DNA from: a virus | Strand: one strand, 5' to 3' | Virus record (IMG/VR): IMGVR_UViG_3300000059_000001 | Location: 1 to 55,870 of that record | DNA length: 55,870 nucleotides | Shown: in pieces, positions 34,895 to 43,564 of the stretch | How the letters are laid out: each line of letters starts with the position of its first letter | Position numbering within the stretch: the stretch's first letter is position 1 | Program-made: the position numbers and the translations under genes | Notes under the pieces: generated by a model | The model's input: the letters and a program-made list of their open reading frames with translations, nothing else | Database searches by the model: none | Told to the model about the DNA's origin: nothing

Positions 34895-34923
34895 AGTTTA
34901 GCATATTATGGATATCATGTCAA
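34895..34923 (-). promoter_or_regulatory. Minus-strand promoter candidate for the rep mRNA
   Basis: Minus strand reads TTGACA (34923-34918), 17-nt spacer, TAAACT (34900-34895); transcript would cross the antisense RNA region. Confidence 0.5.
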
Positions 34924-34997
34924 TTTTAAAATTTATTGTGGTATTTTTCAGTTTTTTTCTAGTATATTTAGTATTGCCTCTCATCACGTCTATCCTA

Positions 34998-36629
34998 CTA
35001 ATAAGGATTAATCAGTTGTTTTTCAGCTACTGTCTTCGCTTTTTCAGGTAATTCATACAATAAAAACTCATCGCGCGCAACCTTCAGCTTATAGATTCCT
35101 TTCCCTGTATGGTTAAAACTAATGGACAGAAGGTCCATAAAATAATCTTCTACACAAACAAATAAGATTTCGCTCTTTTCACTTAAAAATCTCATATATT
35201 TATCTTCACTGTATCTCGTATACAGTTGATATTTCATGGATAAAGTCCGTATCTTATTTAAATCTGCAGAAAGGAAAAAACATAAGAGATAGAGCGGCTC
35301 TGTCGGTTCCATATAATCTTTGGATGTAAAATAGGATAAAAATTGTTCAATTCGAATAGAACTCATTATATCTAATGAAAAATGTTCCACAGCAACGTGG
35401 CAACATGCCCTATCCGCCTTTCGATAAGTGAAATCATGGATTAGAATCGTATCACCACTCTGATAGAGGGGTCTGTATTCCTTTAGTTGCAATATGCCGG
35501 CTTTCATCATGTTTAGGTAGCGATTAATATGTAAATACCCATTTGTACTTTCTGGATGAAGGAGTGGAAGAAATAAATTATCATATTTTGCTGGAGAGCA
35601 GTAGATACTTAAACCTTTTAAGGCTAAATATGATAATTGTGATATTGTGTTTGCTTTCTTTACTATTATTTCGCGACGATTTATTAAAAATTCTGTAATC
35701 TTAATCAATCCAATTATATCTGTGTTGGATTGCATAGAAAATAGAAAGTGTAATCCATTTTTTCCATTAAATTGGTTTGTTTCTTTTGGCGGCCATATGA
35801 TCTTTTTTAATTGGAGAGTTTTTTCAAAACGCTCTATTTCGTCCTGAGATAAAGTAATATTCCGATATGAGGAAAATAAAAAAGAAAAGTGCAGGACAGG
35901 ACGATATAAAATATTACTTTTTTCCATAAATAATGTCATATAGTTTTTTAATTTTTGTAAAATGACATTGCTACTTTGATATCCAGTATCCAATTCAAAA
36001 TAAACTTGAATTTCATTTTCATATTGCATAAAAGGAGTGAATGCATAAAACATATCAGAACGAATACCCTCATTATTTTTTGGAATATTATAGGAACGGA
36101 AAGTTGTCTCCGTAGCAGAATATTCCAATTGGCATTTAAAGAGGGACGATGCACTATAGTGTAAGATGGCAGCCAGATGATTTCCGATGGCAGCGGAGTG
36201 CTTTTTGTTTCTAGGTGTTTTAAAACGCTTAGAAGCATAGAGCATAGATATATATTCTGTAATGTCGTGTAGAGTATATATTTTATTATTTGCCATAATA
36301 CCATCCCCGAAAAGGTGCTGCATGGCTTTATTCAATATATACCTTCCAGTTGACGTTGTTCTGTACATTGGACAGGAGGTGTCTTCATCTATAATCTTCA
36401 AATAACTTTTAACAACATAACGCGAAAGAAACTTCCTTGCATAGTTAATCGCATAGTCAGAGTCGGGCTGATCAAACAATAGTATTCTTAGTTGCTCTTT
36501 GGTTATGTAATTGTTCATAAGAATAAAAATAAGAGACTTTGCCAGTTGGCAGTATCTTGTTGCTGTGTTTATATTATTTAATTTTATAAATATATAAATA
36601 AATAACTGATAATCTACATTTTTTGTCAT
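34998..36629 (-). CDS. Replication-relaxation (Replic_Relax)-like protein
   Basis: N-terminal wHTH-like region; HSAAIGNHLAAIL, IRSDMFY, VYFELDTGYQSSNVILQKLKNY resemble the H...pDa...E.D.Gt...l..Kl..Y family pattern; GGAG SD before ATG 36629. Confidence 0.5.
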   Translation of the reverse strand: MTKNVDYQLFIYIFIKLNNINTATRYCQLAKSLIFILMNNYITKEQLRILLFDQPDSDYAINYARKFLSRYVVKSYLKIIDEDTSCPMYRTTSTGRYILNKAMQHLFGDGIMANNKIYTLHDITEYISMLYASKRFKTPRNKKHSAAIGNHLAAILHYSASSLFKCQLEYSATETTFRSYNIPKNNEGIRSDMFYAFTPFMQYENEIQVYFELDTGYQSSNVILQKLKNYMTLFMEKSNILYRPVLHFSFLFSSYRNITLSQDEIERFEKTLQLKKIIWPPKETNQFNGKNGLHFLFSMQSNTDIIGLIKITEFLINRREIIVKKANTISQLSYLALKGLSIYCSPAKYDNLFLPLLHPESTNGYLHINRYLNMMKAGILQLKEYRPLYQSGDTILIHDFTYRKADRACCHVAVEHFSLDIMSSIRIEQFLSYFTSKDYMEPTEPLYLLCFFLSADLNKIRTLSMKYQLYTRYSEDKYMRFLSEKSEILFVCVEDYFMDLLSISFNHTGKGIYKLKVARDEFLLYELPEKAKTVAEKQLINPY

Positions 36630-36825
36630 ATGAATTCTCCAAATGTTGTGTGGTATTAAAGTAAAAAATCTATTTAAAACCAGATGGGAAATAGGATGTT
36701 CATGGTTACTGTTACATTATCTTCGTATTAATCCTATGTTTGTCAAGCATAAATTTCTATTTTTTATTTTTTTTATTTAATAACAACTATTTTTTATAAT
36801 TTCAAGGTATGTATGTGTTACAATC

Positions 36826-36913
36826 GTCTCTCTAAAAGGGCAAAAATTAAGAGAGATATCGCATCTCTCTTAAAAATGTATATGTAAGTGAGACGCATGT
36901 CTCTCTTAAAAGG
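36826..36913. promoter_or_regulatory. Repeat cluster upstream of the replication-relaxation gene (oriT or operator candidate)
   Basis: tctctc(t)taaaa x3 (36826, 36863, 36899); 11-bp inverted repeat ttaagagagat / atctctcttaa (36847-36873); palindrome gagacgcatgtctc (36890-36903). Confidence 0.6.
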
Positions 36914-37102
36914 TCATTGTTGCCGCTATTTTCAGGCATTTCGACTTTTCTAAGTTACGAGCATTATTATAGAAATTTAATTATAAAAATATAGAATCTA
37001 ACAAGATTATATAACAGAACTAGTACAAATATTTCTTTTCAACACTTGTACAATTTTAAACTAATTGATATGTATCAATTTATATATTGATTCACTTTTC
37101 TT

Positions 37103-37429
37103 TTAAAAAATAATTGCCCTTCCATCTGGAACTTGATCCAAACCGAATGAAGTTAACCTCAAAGATTGCCCATCCAGATAAAAGTAATCTGTTTTGCTTA
37201 ATAATTTCTTTGCATGTTGCAATGTTTCTTTTTCGTACTCTTCAAAATTATCCATACCCAACATAGTATTAAATTTAAGTGTACCAATCATCTGTGCATC
37301 TTCTTTATTGCTTTCTTCATTGGCCTCTGTTAATTCTAGGCATAATTTGATATGCTGCCTAAGTTTGATAATAAAAATAACTTCGATATCCTTAAAATCT
37401 GCATTAGATGTTACATCAATCCGAAACAT
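37103..37429 (-). CDS. Hypothetical protein (108 aa)
   Basis: GGAGG SD before ATG 37429 (ATG 37444 alternative). Confidence 0.5.
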   Translation of the reverse strand: MFRIDVTSNADFKDIEVIFIIKLRQHIKLCLELTEANEESNKEDAQMIGTLKFNTMLGMDNFEEYEKETLQHAKKLLSKTDYFYLDGQSLRLTSFGLDQVPDGRAIIF

Positions 37430-37573
37430 TCTTTCTACCTCCATGTTTTTCTGTTTATTTTATCACAGAAAGACTAGGGACACCATTTTTAAATAATAAA
37501 CATAGTCCCAATACCTTTTATGGCGCTGGCAACCAAATATTAAATAAAATATAAAATTATAGATTTAATAATT

Positions 37574-37629
37574 AAAATATCCCTCATCATCAGTTAACTA
37601 TGTATCATTTTAATGATGAGGGATATTTT
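37574..37629. terminator. 17-bp perfect hairpin with A/T runs on both sides (bidirectional terminator)
   Basis: aaaatatccctcatcat (37574-37590) / atgatgagggatatttt (37613-37629). Confidence 0.65.
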
Positions 37630-37725
37630 CTGTAAGTCAAAACTGTGCCAGCATTATTCTAGTAAATTCTTAAAGCAGAAAAACAGATGGATTCTCTGGA
37701 AATAGTGATCATACAACAAAAGTTG

Positions 37726-37980
37726 CTATTTTAAATATTGTTTTAATTTACTAAGGCATTCTTCTCTTTCTGCTTTTGTTTTTTTTGCCAATTTGATGTC
37801 ATTTTCGTATATATCGTAACTTTTGATTCTTAGGTTTATTAATGCCCTCTCAAATCTTTCTTTTTTAATTCCTGATTTTTTATTTAACAGAGACCATAGT
37901 CCCTGCCGCGTATACCCTGTTATTTCCGCAATATCTTTAGTTTGTATATGGAATGCCTGTTTTAACTCATCGACTGTCAT
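37726..37980 (-). CDS. Small HTH protein (84 aa)
   Basis: AGGAG SD; TKDIAEITGYTRQGLWSLLNKK helix-turn-helix. Confidence 0.6.
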   Translation of the reverse strand: MTVDELKQAFHIQTKDIAEITGYTRQGLWSLLNKKSGIKKERFERALINLRIKSYDIYENDIKLAKKTKAEREECLSKLKQYLK

Positions 37981-38164
37981 ATCTAATCATCTCCTTTTTA
38001 GTATATAATTGAATATTTTTATACATAAAACGAGATATCCATCTGTTAATTATCATTTTTTCATAATATTGATAGTTTTATTCTCATAATTTCTATTGAG
38101 TGAATATTGAAATAAACTTAACTACAAAATCCAAATAGTCAAAAAAAAGCCTTGCTATCAAGCA

Positions 38165-38220
38165 GGCCTCAATGGCATCAACCAGTTCGTTTTAATGCGA
38201 GCTGGTTGATGCCATTGGCC
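38165..38220. terminator. Long GC-rich hairpin (16-bp perfect core)
   Basis: caatggcatcaaccag / ctggttgatgccattg, extended by ggcc...ggcc; A-run before and T-run after. Confidence 0.6.
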
Positions 38221-38520
38221 TCTTTTAAGAAAAGGCTCTTTTGTGTTATAAGTTTATTTACTATTAAAAATATGTTAGCGGAAAGTAGTATATCATAAAT
38301 ATATTTTTTTGAGCAATACATAGATTTCATGATTACCCTAGCTCGGAGTACTCATCCGGCCAAACTGAGGGTTAGGAACACTTTGCTGAGAAAAATGTAA
38401 GATCCAGCTGAAGGTTCAAAGATATTTTTTGCCTGTAGTCATGACGGGAACAGTGCTTGAATATTTTTGTTAAGGAGTGATGTGAACTGGCCCGTGAAAT
38501 CATTTGATTGGCTACAAAGG

Positions 38521-39192
38521 TTAACGATTTATGGATCTGAAAATTTTATCAATATCCCTCAAGCTCATTTCAATATTAGTGTTTGAAACATAATCGAACG
38601 GTATGTCACGGTTACGTAGCAAGTCGATAACCTTATAATAGGTAGCGTGATCAAAATAAGATACACTAAAGATTACAATATCCGCATTTGTAATTACATT
38701 TGCATTAATGCTAACTCCTGGTGCATAAAATACCCATTCAAACAGCTTTTCTTTTAGTTTATTCTGCCAGTTTGGATGACCTCCAACAATGACTCCTCTT
38801 ACATCATTTAGAGCGCTTAAATCAATCGTTGATTCTTCTGGCATATCCACATTTTCCGAAGCTGAGAGATTAAAAAGAAGATTACGTAATTTTTTTACCT
38901 CTATGGAATCGGATACTGTTTGCGATAATTTATCTTCCAAATTTTTGATTTTTTTCAACAGAGTTGCATTTTCATTTTGTAGATCCTCTAACTCTTTATT
39001 CTCTTTATTCTTAATTTCGGTTATTTTAAATTTCTCAGTATTTAATTGGAATTTTGTTTCTTTCAGTTCACGTTCCAGAGCTGCAATTTGGGGATACATG
39101 GTTTCTCTATTGTACTTAAAATATGTTTCTTTGACGATACCATATGCTTTTAACAATGCCTTGATATGAAATGCCGGGATAACATATTTCAT
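38521..39192 (-). CDS. Coiled-coil protein with DUF2325-like C-terminal domain
   Basis: ATG 39192 overlaps the upstream stop (ATGA); central heptad-rich segment; C-terminal VIVGGHPNWQ...ADIVIFSVSYFDHATYYKV pattern. Confidence 0.5.
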   Translation of the reverse strand: MKYVIPAFHIKALLKAYGIVKETYFKYNRETMYPQIAALERELKETKFQLNTEKFKITEIKNKENKELEDLQNENATLLKKIKNLEDKLSQTVSDSIEVKKLRNLLFNLSASENVDMPEESTIDLSALNDVRGVIVGGHPNWQNKLKEKLFEWVFYAPGVSINANVITNADIVIFSVSYFDHATYYKVIDLLRNRDIPFDYVSNTNIEMSLRDIDKIFRSINR

Positions 39193-39965
39193 GACAGGTA
39201 TATCATAACCATAGTACTTTTGACCAAGTATGTAAGTATATACAATTTCCTCCAAATCTTTTTTTCTAGCTTGATATCCTCTAAAATAGATAACGAAAGT
39301 TTTTCAACATCATATAAAAAATGATATGGTGATTCATATTTTTCCTCAGATGAAAAAATTTGGGATAATATACCACGTGGTATCTGTTTCATAATTTCGT
39401 TGATTTCATTTCTTTGTTCTATTTTGTTTACACCAGTGAAACGTCTGTAACCATTGTAATGCATGGTTCTTTCGTTGAGTAGTAATAGAATATCATCGAT
39501 ATTTATTATATTTCTACTGATTTCGCCATGACACAAGGCAAAGAAGATCCCAGCAGTTACAAAGCCATTTAAAGCCTCATCGCTTGCTTTAACTATTGTA
39601 GGACGTAAAAAATGTAAGAAGTCCTTCATATCAATAATTACATCTTTTGGCATGTTTTTAAAAAAAGCATAAGATTTTTTATACCCTTTTTTGAAAACAT
39701 TGTACAGCATATTTTGGATTTCATAAGCTCTATCAGAATCATTTTTGTTGATAAACATTAGTATACCGAGTGATTTCTTGAAGTATTCTTCACGCAGCAA
39801 AGAACCTTCTTTAGCGATGGGAGAGTTATAATGTTCGCTTTCTTTAGCGTATATGTAAAATTCTTCTTTGTGTAATTTATAAATATTATCGATATCTTCA
39901 CGAATAAATGGTGGATATGATAAAGCTTCAGCGTAATATGGGGTCATATCTAAAGTAGTAGTCAT
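39189..39965 (-). CDS. Hypothetical protein (258 aa), first gene of a coupled pair
   Basis: GAAGGGA SD; no motif recognised. Confidence 0.55.
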   Translation of the reverse strand: MTTTLDMTPYYAEALSYPPFIREDIDNIYKLHKEEFYIYAKESEHYNSPIAKEGSLLREEYFKKSLGILMFINKNDSDRAYEIQNMLYNVFKKGYKKSYAFFKNMPKDVIIDMKDFLHFLRPTIVKASDEALNGFVTAGIFFALCHGEISRNIINIDDILLLLNERTMHYNGYRRFTGVNKIEQRNEINEIMKQIPRGILSQIFSSEEKYESPYHFLYDVEKLSLSILEDIKLEKKIWRKLYILTYLVKSTMVMIYLS

Positions 39966-40020
39966 AATAAAATTTCCCTTCTAACTTATATTATAGTTAT
40001 GGTATCATAAAAACACGAAT

Positions 40021-40046
40021 AAAAAAACCCTGCAAAAACAGGGTTT
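40021..40046 (-). terminator. Rho-independent terminator (minus strand)
   Basis: Minus strand reads aaaccctg ttttt cagggttt followed by a T-run. Confidence 0.65.
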
Positions 40047-40063
40047 AATTTCATAAGTAGGCT

Positions 40064-40723
40064 TTATTCTTTTATTCTATCTTGTAGGTTTTTCCAATAT
40101 ACCGGATAATTCGCTATATACCATTGGCAAAAATCAGGGCCTATATGTTTTTCCGCTTCCTTTCTTGCCCTTATTGCATCTTCTTGGAGTTCATAATTCC
40201 CCAAGTTATATACCTGGTTATCAAATCCTATTTGAGCCCTCCAATAATTACCTGATTGATTTTTATTGACACCACGTGTTTCCTTTATTTTGTTTTTCCG
40301 TTTTACTATTTCGGGATGTCTTATTTCATACCATCCTGTAAAATCCCCTTCTAGGACTTTTTCCGCTTCCAAGCGTGCTTTCCACGCCATATCTTCGGTT
40401 TCATAGGTGCCTAGAGAGAATTGTTGCTTATCAAAACTAATGTATGATAACCAACAATTCTTTGTTTTGTCATATGCTATACCCTTTTTCTTATTTGGCA
40501 CATCGATCAATTCTTTTGATTCTATCGAATTGCTTTTACGGATAGAATCTTTTATTAATTGTTGAGCCCTTTGAGTGGAACAGCCCAATTCTTTTCCAAT
40601 ATCCGAATAAATACGTCTTTCTAATCTCATTTTCACTGCCAGACGTTCTTTATCATTGAGGATATCTGGATTAATATTTTTTAAGGTTTTTTCCTCTTCT
40701 TTTGATATTCTTGCTGTTTTCAT
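40064..40723 (-). CDS. Sigma-region-4-like HTH plus two AP2 DNA-binding domains
   Basis: ERLAVKMRLERRIYSDIGKELGCSTQRAQQLI; two repeats of G..Y.K....W.A.I.F...Y.LG.YE..E.A..AR.EAE. Confidence 0.65.
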   Translation of the reverse strand: MKTARISKEEEKTLKNINPDILNDKERLAVKMRLERRIYSDIGKELGCSTQRAQQLIKDSIRKSNSIESKELIDVPNKKKGIAYDKTKNCWLSYISFDKQQFSLGTYETEDMAWKARLEAEKVLEGDFTGWYEIRHPEIVKRKNKIKETRGVNKNQSGNYWRAQIGFDNQVYNLGNYELQEDAIRARKEAEKHIGPDFCQWYIANYPVYWKNLQDRIKE

Positions 40724-40872
40724 TTTTTCCTTTCCATCATTTTTATATTATTCTTTCGCCCATGCGACTATGGCCTATCCTCAATAGTGGGAACCTCACG
40801 TAAACAGATATACCCATCTCTGTCCTTATATTTGCATGGTATTCTTTAATGTGCATGATAGTTTTTTGTTTT

Positions 40873-41343
40873 TTATCCATATTTTTCTCCTTTATTTTTA
40901 TCTATCTGAGCTTTTGCATTGCCGTGTACACAAGCAGAGTCAGAAACATATACATTGCCGTCGAGCTTTGCATAGCCATATATTTTTGCGAAGTCAATAA
41001 CCTCCGTATCGCCACCAATCTGTGCAAAACCAGAAATCTTTGCTTTGCCAGAAATCTTTGCATTGCCATAAAGCCATGTATCGCCTTCAACCTTTGCATA
41101 CCCTATTACCTTTGCATGCCCTGTTACCTTTGCATTACCCCTAATCACTGCATCATTGTAAACTTCTGAATCGTCATAAACCCATGCATCGCCATACTGC
41201 GAAAGATTCTCTTCTTTTTCGATCCATCCTCCAAGGTCTCCGACTTTTATTATTCCAATGCATCTTATTGCACGGATCCTATTTAGGGTTATTCCCTCAT
41301 TCTCTAGTCTTTTGGTTTCTCCTGTAAATTCATATTTTTTCAT
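40873..41343 (-). CDS. Beta-helix (hexapeptide-type repeat) protein
   Basis: GNAKVTGHAKVIGYAKVEGDTWLYGNAKISGKAKISGFAQIGGDTEV...: about ten 6-residue repeats, visible as 18-nt periodicity in the DNA. Confidence 0.6.
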   Translation of the reverse strand: MKKYEFTGETKRLENEGITLNRIRAIRCIGIIKVGDLGGWIEKEENLSQYGDAWVYDDSEVYNDAVIRGNAKVTGHAKVIGYAKVEGDTWLYGNAKISGKAKISGFAQIGGDTEVIDFAKIYGYAKLDGNVYVSDSACVHGNAKAQIDKNKGEKYG

Positions 41344-41409
41344 AGTTGCCTTCTTTCTCCCCTGTTAAGTTACAGGGGACAGCAATTTAATTTAAAAGTC
41401 ATCCAACCC

Positions 41410-41727
41410 CTATGCAGGGATATAAACATATATATTTACCCAACTTTTGTCTATACTGAACGGATTTTCCTTTTCATCCGTTTTAATTTCAACCATGAGT
41501 GGTTTGCACTCATTGAAAACTGGTTCTACATACTTGGAATGATCATGATATCGATCAAATTCATCCAAGCCAAATTCACAATCACCGAGCAATATCTTGC
41601 CAGTTTCTTTTGTGTATACCCCATTGCAGTCGTACATATAGTACAATGCAATGATATCAAACATGTAATTGCAATCATCAATTACTACCACATTGTATGG
41701 CATATCGCTCTTGTAGGCATTCTGCAA
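41410..41727 (-). CDS. Hypothetical protein (97-105 aa)
   Basis: TTG 41727 or ATG 41703 start; overlapped at its 5' end by the 42-aa ORF at 41685-41813. Confidence 0.45.
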   Translation of the reverse strand: MQNAYKSDMPYNVVVIDDCNYMFDIIALYYMYDCNGVYTKETGKILLGDCEFGLDEFDRYHDHSKYVEPVFNECKPLMVEIKTDEKENPFSIDKSWVNIYVYIPA

Positions 41728-41813
41728 TAGAGCGGTTTTAATGATATAACTGGTAAATTATTGGATTTGTATAATTCAACTGCTTCTTTTTTTATTTCAT
41801 TTAATTTATTCAT
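41685..41813 (-). CDS. Possible 42-aa ORF led by the hairpin-SD cassette
   Basis: ATG 41813 preceded by GGGAGAAAGAAGGTAAACT; MNKLNEIKKEAVELYKSNNLPVISLKPLY...; overlaps the next ORF in another frame. Confidence 0.3.
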   Translation of the reverse strand: MNKLNEIKKEAVELYKSNNLPVISLKPLYCRMPTRAICHTMW

Positions 41814-41856
41814 AGTTTACCTTCTTTCTCCCAGTAGCCCTGCTGGGAATAACCAT

Positions 41857-42285
41857 TTAGAAATTGTTATCTTTGAATGTGTAATATGCTAAATAGATAA
41901 CACTCTCTATACTTGAGTATTTTTTCTTCCAGCGTGTTACGCATTTTTTATTTATGAATCTCCATAAATTGGAGAAACAATGAAATGATACTTGATGCCT
42001 TTCATTATTTATTTTGAAATTAAAATACACAATGAAGCAGTGCCTATCACCTCTTAGAGTCCTATCTATTTTAATATGATAGAAAAAACCACTGTTTGGT
42101 TTTTTCTGGATTGCCTTTATCGCATTTAAGATGCAAGCATCTTTAGCGATGTACCCTTTTTTGCTATAAAGTTCCCCTAAAGGGATCAGGGAGGAAATAC
42201 GTGATAGTGTAGTATTGATATGTTTTCCTCCATCTGACGCAATTTGGGCTAATATTATTTGCTTTGAAATATATTTATCCAACAT
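41857..42285 (-). CDS. Hypothetical protein (142 aa)
   Basis: AAAGGGGA SD; FIVYFNFKINNERHQVSFHCF...W segment; family not recognised. Confidence 0.55.
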   Translation of the reverse strand: MLDKYISKQIILAQIASDGGKHINTTLSRISSLIPLGELYSKKGYIAKDACILNAIKAIQKKPNSGFFYHIKIDRTLRGDRHCFIVYFNFKINNERHQVSFHCFSNLWRFINKKCVTRWKKKYSSIESVIYLAYYTFKDNNF

Positions 42286-42592
42286 TACTTTTCCCCTTTA
42301 TGACTATGACGTTGTCACCGTGTCTATTGGCAATGCGGAGCGACAAACCTCAAGATAATATTTCAATTATCGTATATGGCATAAAAAAATTATGCCGCCT
42401 CTAGCCTTTGTGCATACTCCCAGAATACAAAGACACTCGTTATCTCACTAACGATAATGGATAGTGCTCGGTCACTATCTACCGTAAGATTATAGATCTA
42501 GCAGTTCCGACCAGGACTTCTTATTCTTACAATAGCTTGTTTCATTTCATACCTCTTTCTCCCTAGTTTAGCTACTGGGGGCAGTAAAACCT
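42286..42592 (-). other. Structured non-coding element (RNA or single-strand DNA signal)
   Basis: No ORF of 60 aa or more on either strand; consecutive stem-loops 42378-42396, 42406-42432, 42438-42453, 42460-42479; looks more GC-rich than its flanks. Confidence 0.5.
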
Positions 42593-42946
42593 TTAATCTA
42601 CAAGTGTGCACTCAACACGAATCTGTTTGAACACTTCTTTGCGGATGCTGTGCTCACTGTCCAGATCGGTACCAACTAGTGCTTCACCTACTGTTTCCAT
42701 CACATACTCGGCTCCATAAATGGATTCGAGCTCTTTTTGCTCTTCGTCATCGGCAGTAGCGAGAGAAAAGTACTCTTCCCACCACTCATATTCTTCTTGC
42801 GAGATATGAAAAGTTTCATCATCTTCGCAATATGAGACAGTTGCATTTGTTGCATTTAAAACCATCTCCTCTGAACAATCCACTCCATTCCTCCATATAT
42901 ATTTTAATTCTTGGCTTTCTCCTGTTTCCTTTATTGTTAGTTTCAT
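42593..42946 (-). CDS. Acidic hypothetical protein (117 aa)
   Basis: AAAGGAG SD; D/E-rich with the segment HISQEEYEWWEEYF. Confidence 0.55.
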   Translation of the reverse strand: MKLTIKETGESQELKYIWRNGVDCSEEMVLNATNATVSYCEDDETFHISQEEYEWWEEYFSLATADDEEQKELESIYGAEYVMETVGEALVGTDLDSEHSIRKEVFKQIRVECTLVD

Positions 42947-43037
42947 AATTATTCTCCTTTTAGTGACCTATATGCTATAGTAAGTGTCTGCTCCATATCG
43001 GTGTGAACCCAGCAGATAAGTAAGTTATCATAACAAA

Positions 43038-43451
43038 TTACCACTCGTTGATTTCTTTTTTATATTCTTCGACCCATGTTCCCTCGAAGATCCATCCGAG
43101 GTTACTGTAGTCCATATCAGGTGCGTATCCGTATTTATTAATGAAGCTATCAAATGCTGCATCTACTATGTCTGTTACATCTTCGCATACTTCCATTGAG
43201 AAATCTAATTCCCCTTCATTATCCAATAAACGAAGTGCTTCAATCCTGTGCGAACCGGTTATTAATCCGCTGTCAATGAACAATATGGGAGCACCAATCC
43301 TGTGCGAACCGGTTATTAATCCGCTGTCAATGAACAATATGGGAGCACCAATCCATCCGTTATTTTTTATTAATTCCGCAATTGTGTTGACTTTATCAAT
43401 ATCAACTGCGTTTATAGTACCATAACTTTCTATATTTTTAAATGTTCCCAT
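43038..43451 (-). CDS. ParB/Srx-fold nuclease-like protein carrying an 18-aa tandem duplication
   Basis: AAGGAGA SD before ATG 43451; GAPILFIDSGLITGSHRI occurs twice; the GSHRIEA motif resembles the ParB N-terminal DGHHR box. Confidence 0.6.
   Translation of the reverse strand: MGTFKNIESYGTINAVDIDKVNTIAELIKNNGWIGAPILFIDSGLITGSHRIGAPILFIDSGLITGSHRIEALRLLDNEGELDFSMEVCEDVTDIVDAAFDSFINKYGYAPDMDYSNLGWIFEGTWVEEYKKEINEW
43241..43348. repeat. Perfect 54-bp tandem duplication (2 copies, plus 6 bp of a third)
   Basis: caatcctgtgcgaaccggttattaatccgctgtcaatgaacaatatgggagcac at 43241 and 43295. Confidence 0.9.
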
Positions 43452-43564
43452 ATTATTCTCCTTCTTAGATCTTGTTATATTGTCCATCTTTAACCAATTT
43501 GTGGGTTGCTTCTGTAGAAATGGATACTCTGACAGGAGCGTTTTGGAGCTACTGTTGTTCTTTG

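Noticed and set aside
38226-38520. Somewhat GC-richer gene-free stretch with a possible GTG-started 34-aa plus-strand ORF after AAGGAG (38476-38481)
   Set aside because: The ORF would run into the convergent gene's 3' end, and I saw no clear promoter, terminator or conserved structure. It is mentioned only as part of the 38.5-40 kb cassette finding.
40849-41169. 106-aa plus-strand ORF with repetitive CIA/LC motifs
   Set aside because: It mirrors the 18-nt periodic beta-helix repeats of the minus-strand gene at 40873-41343.
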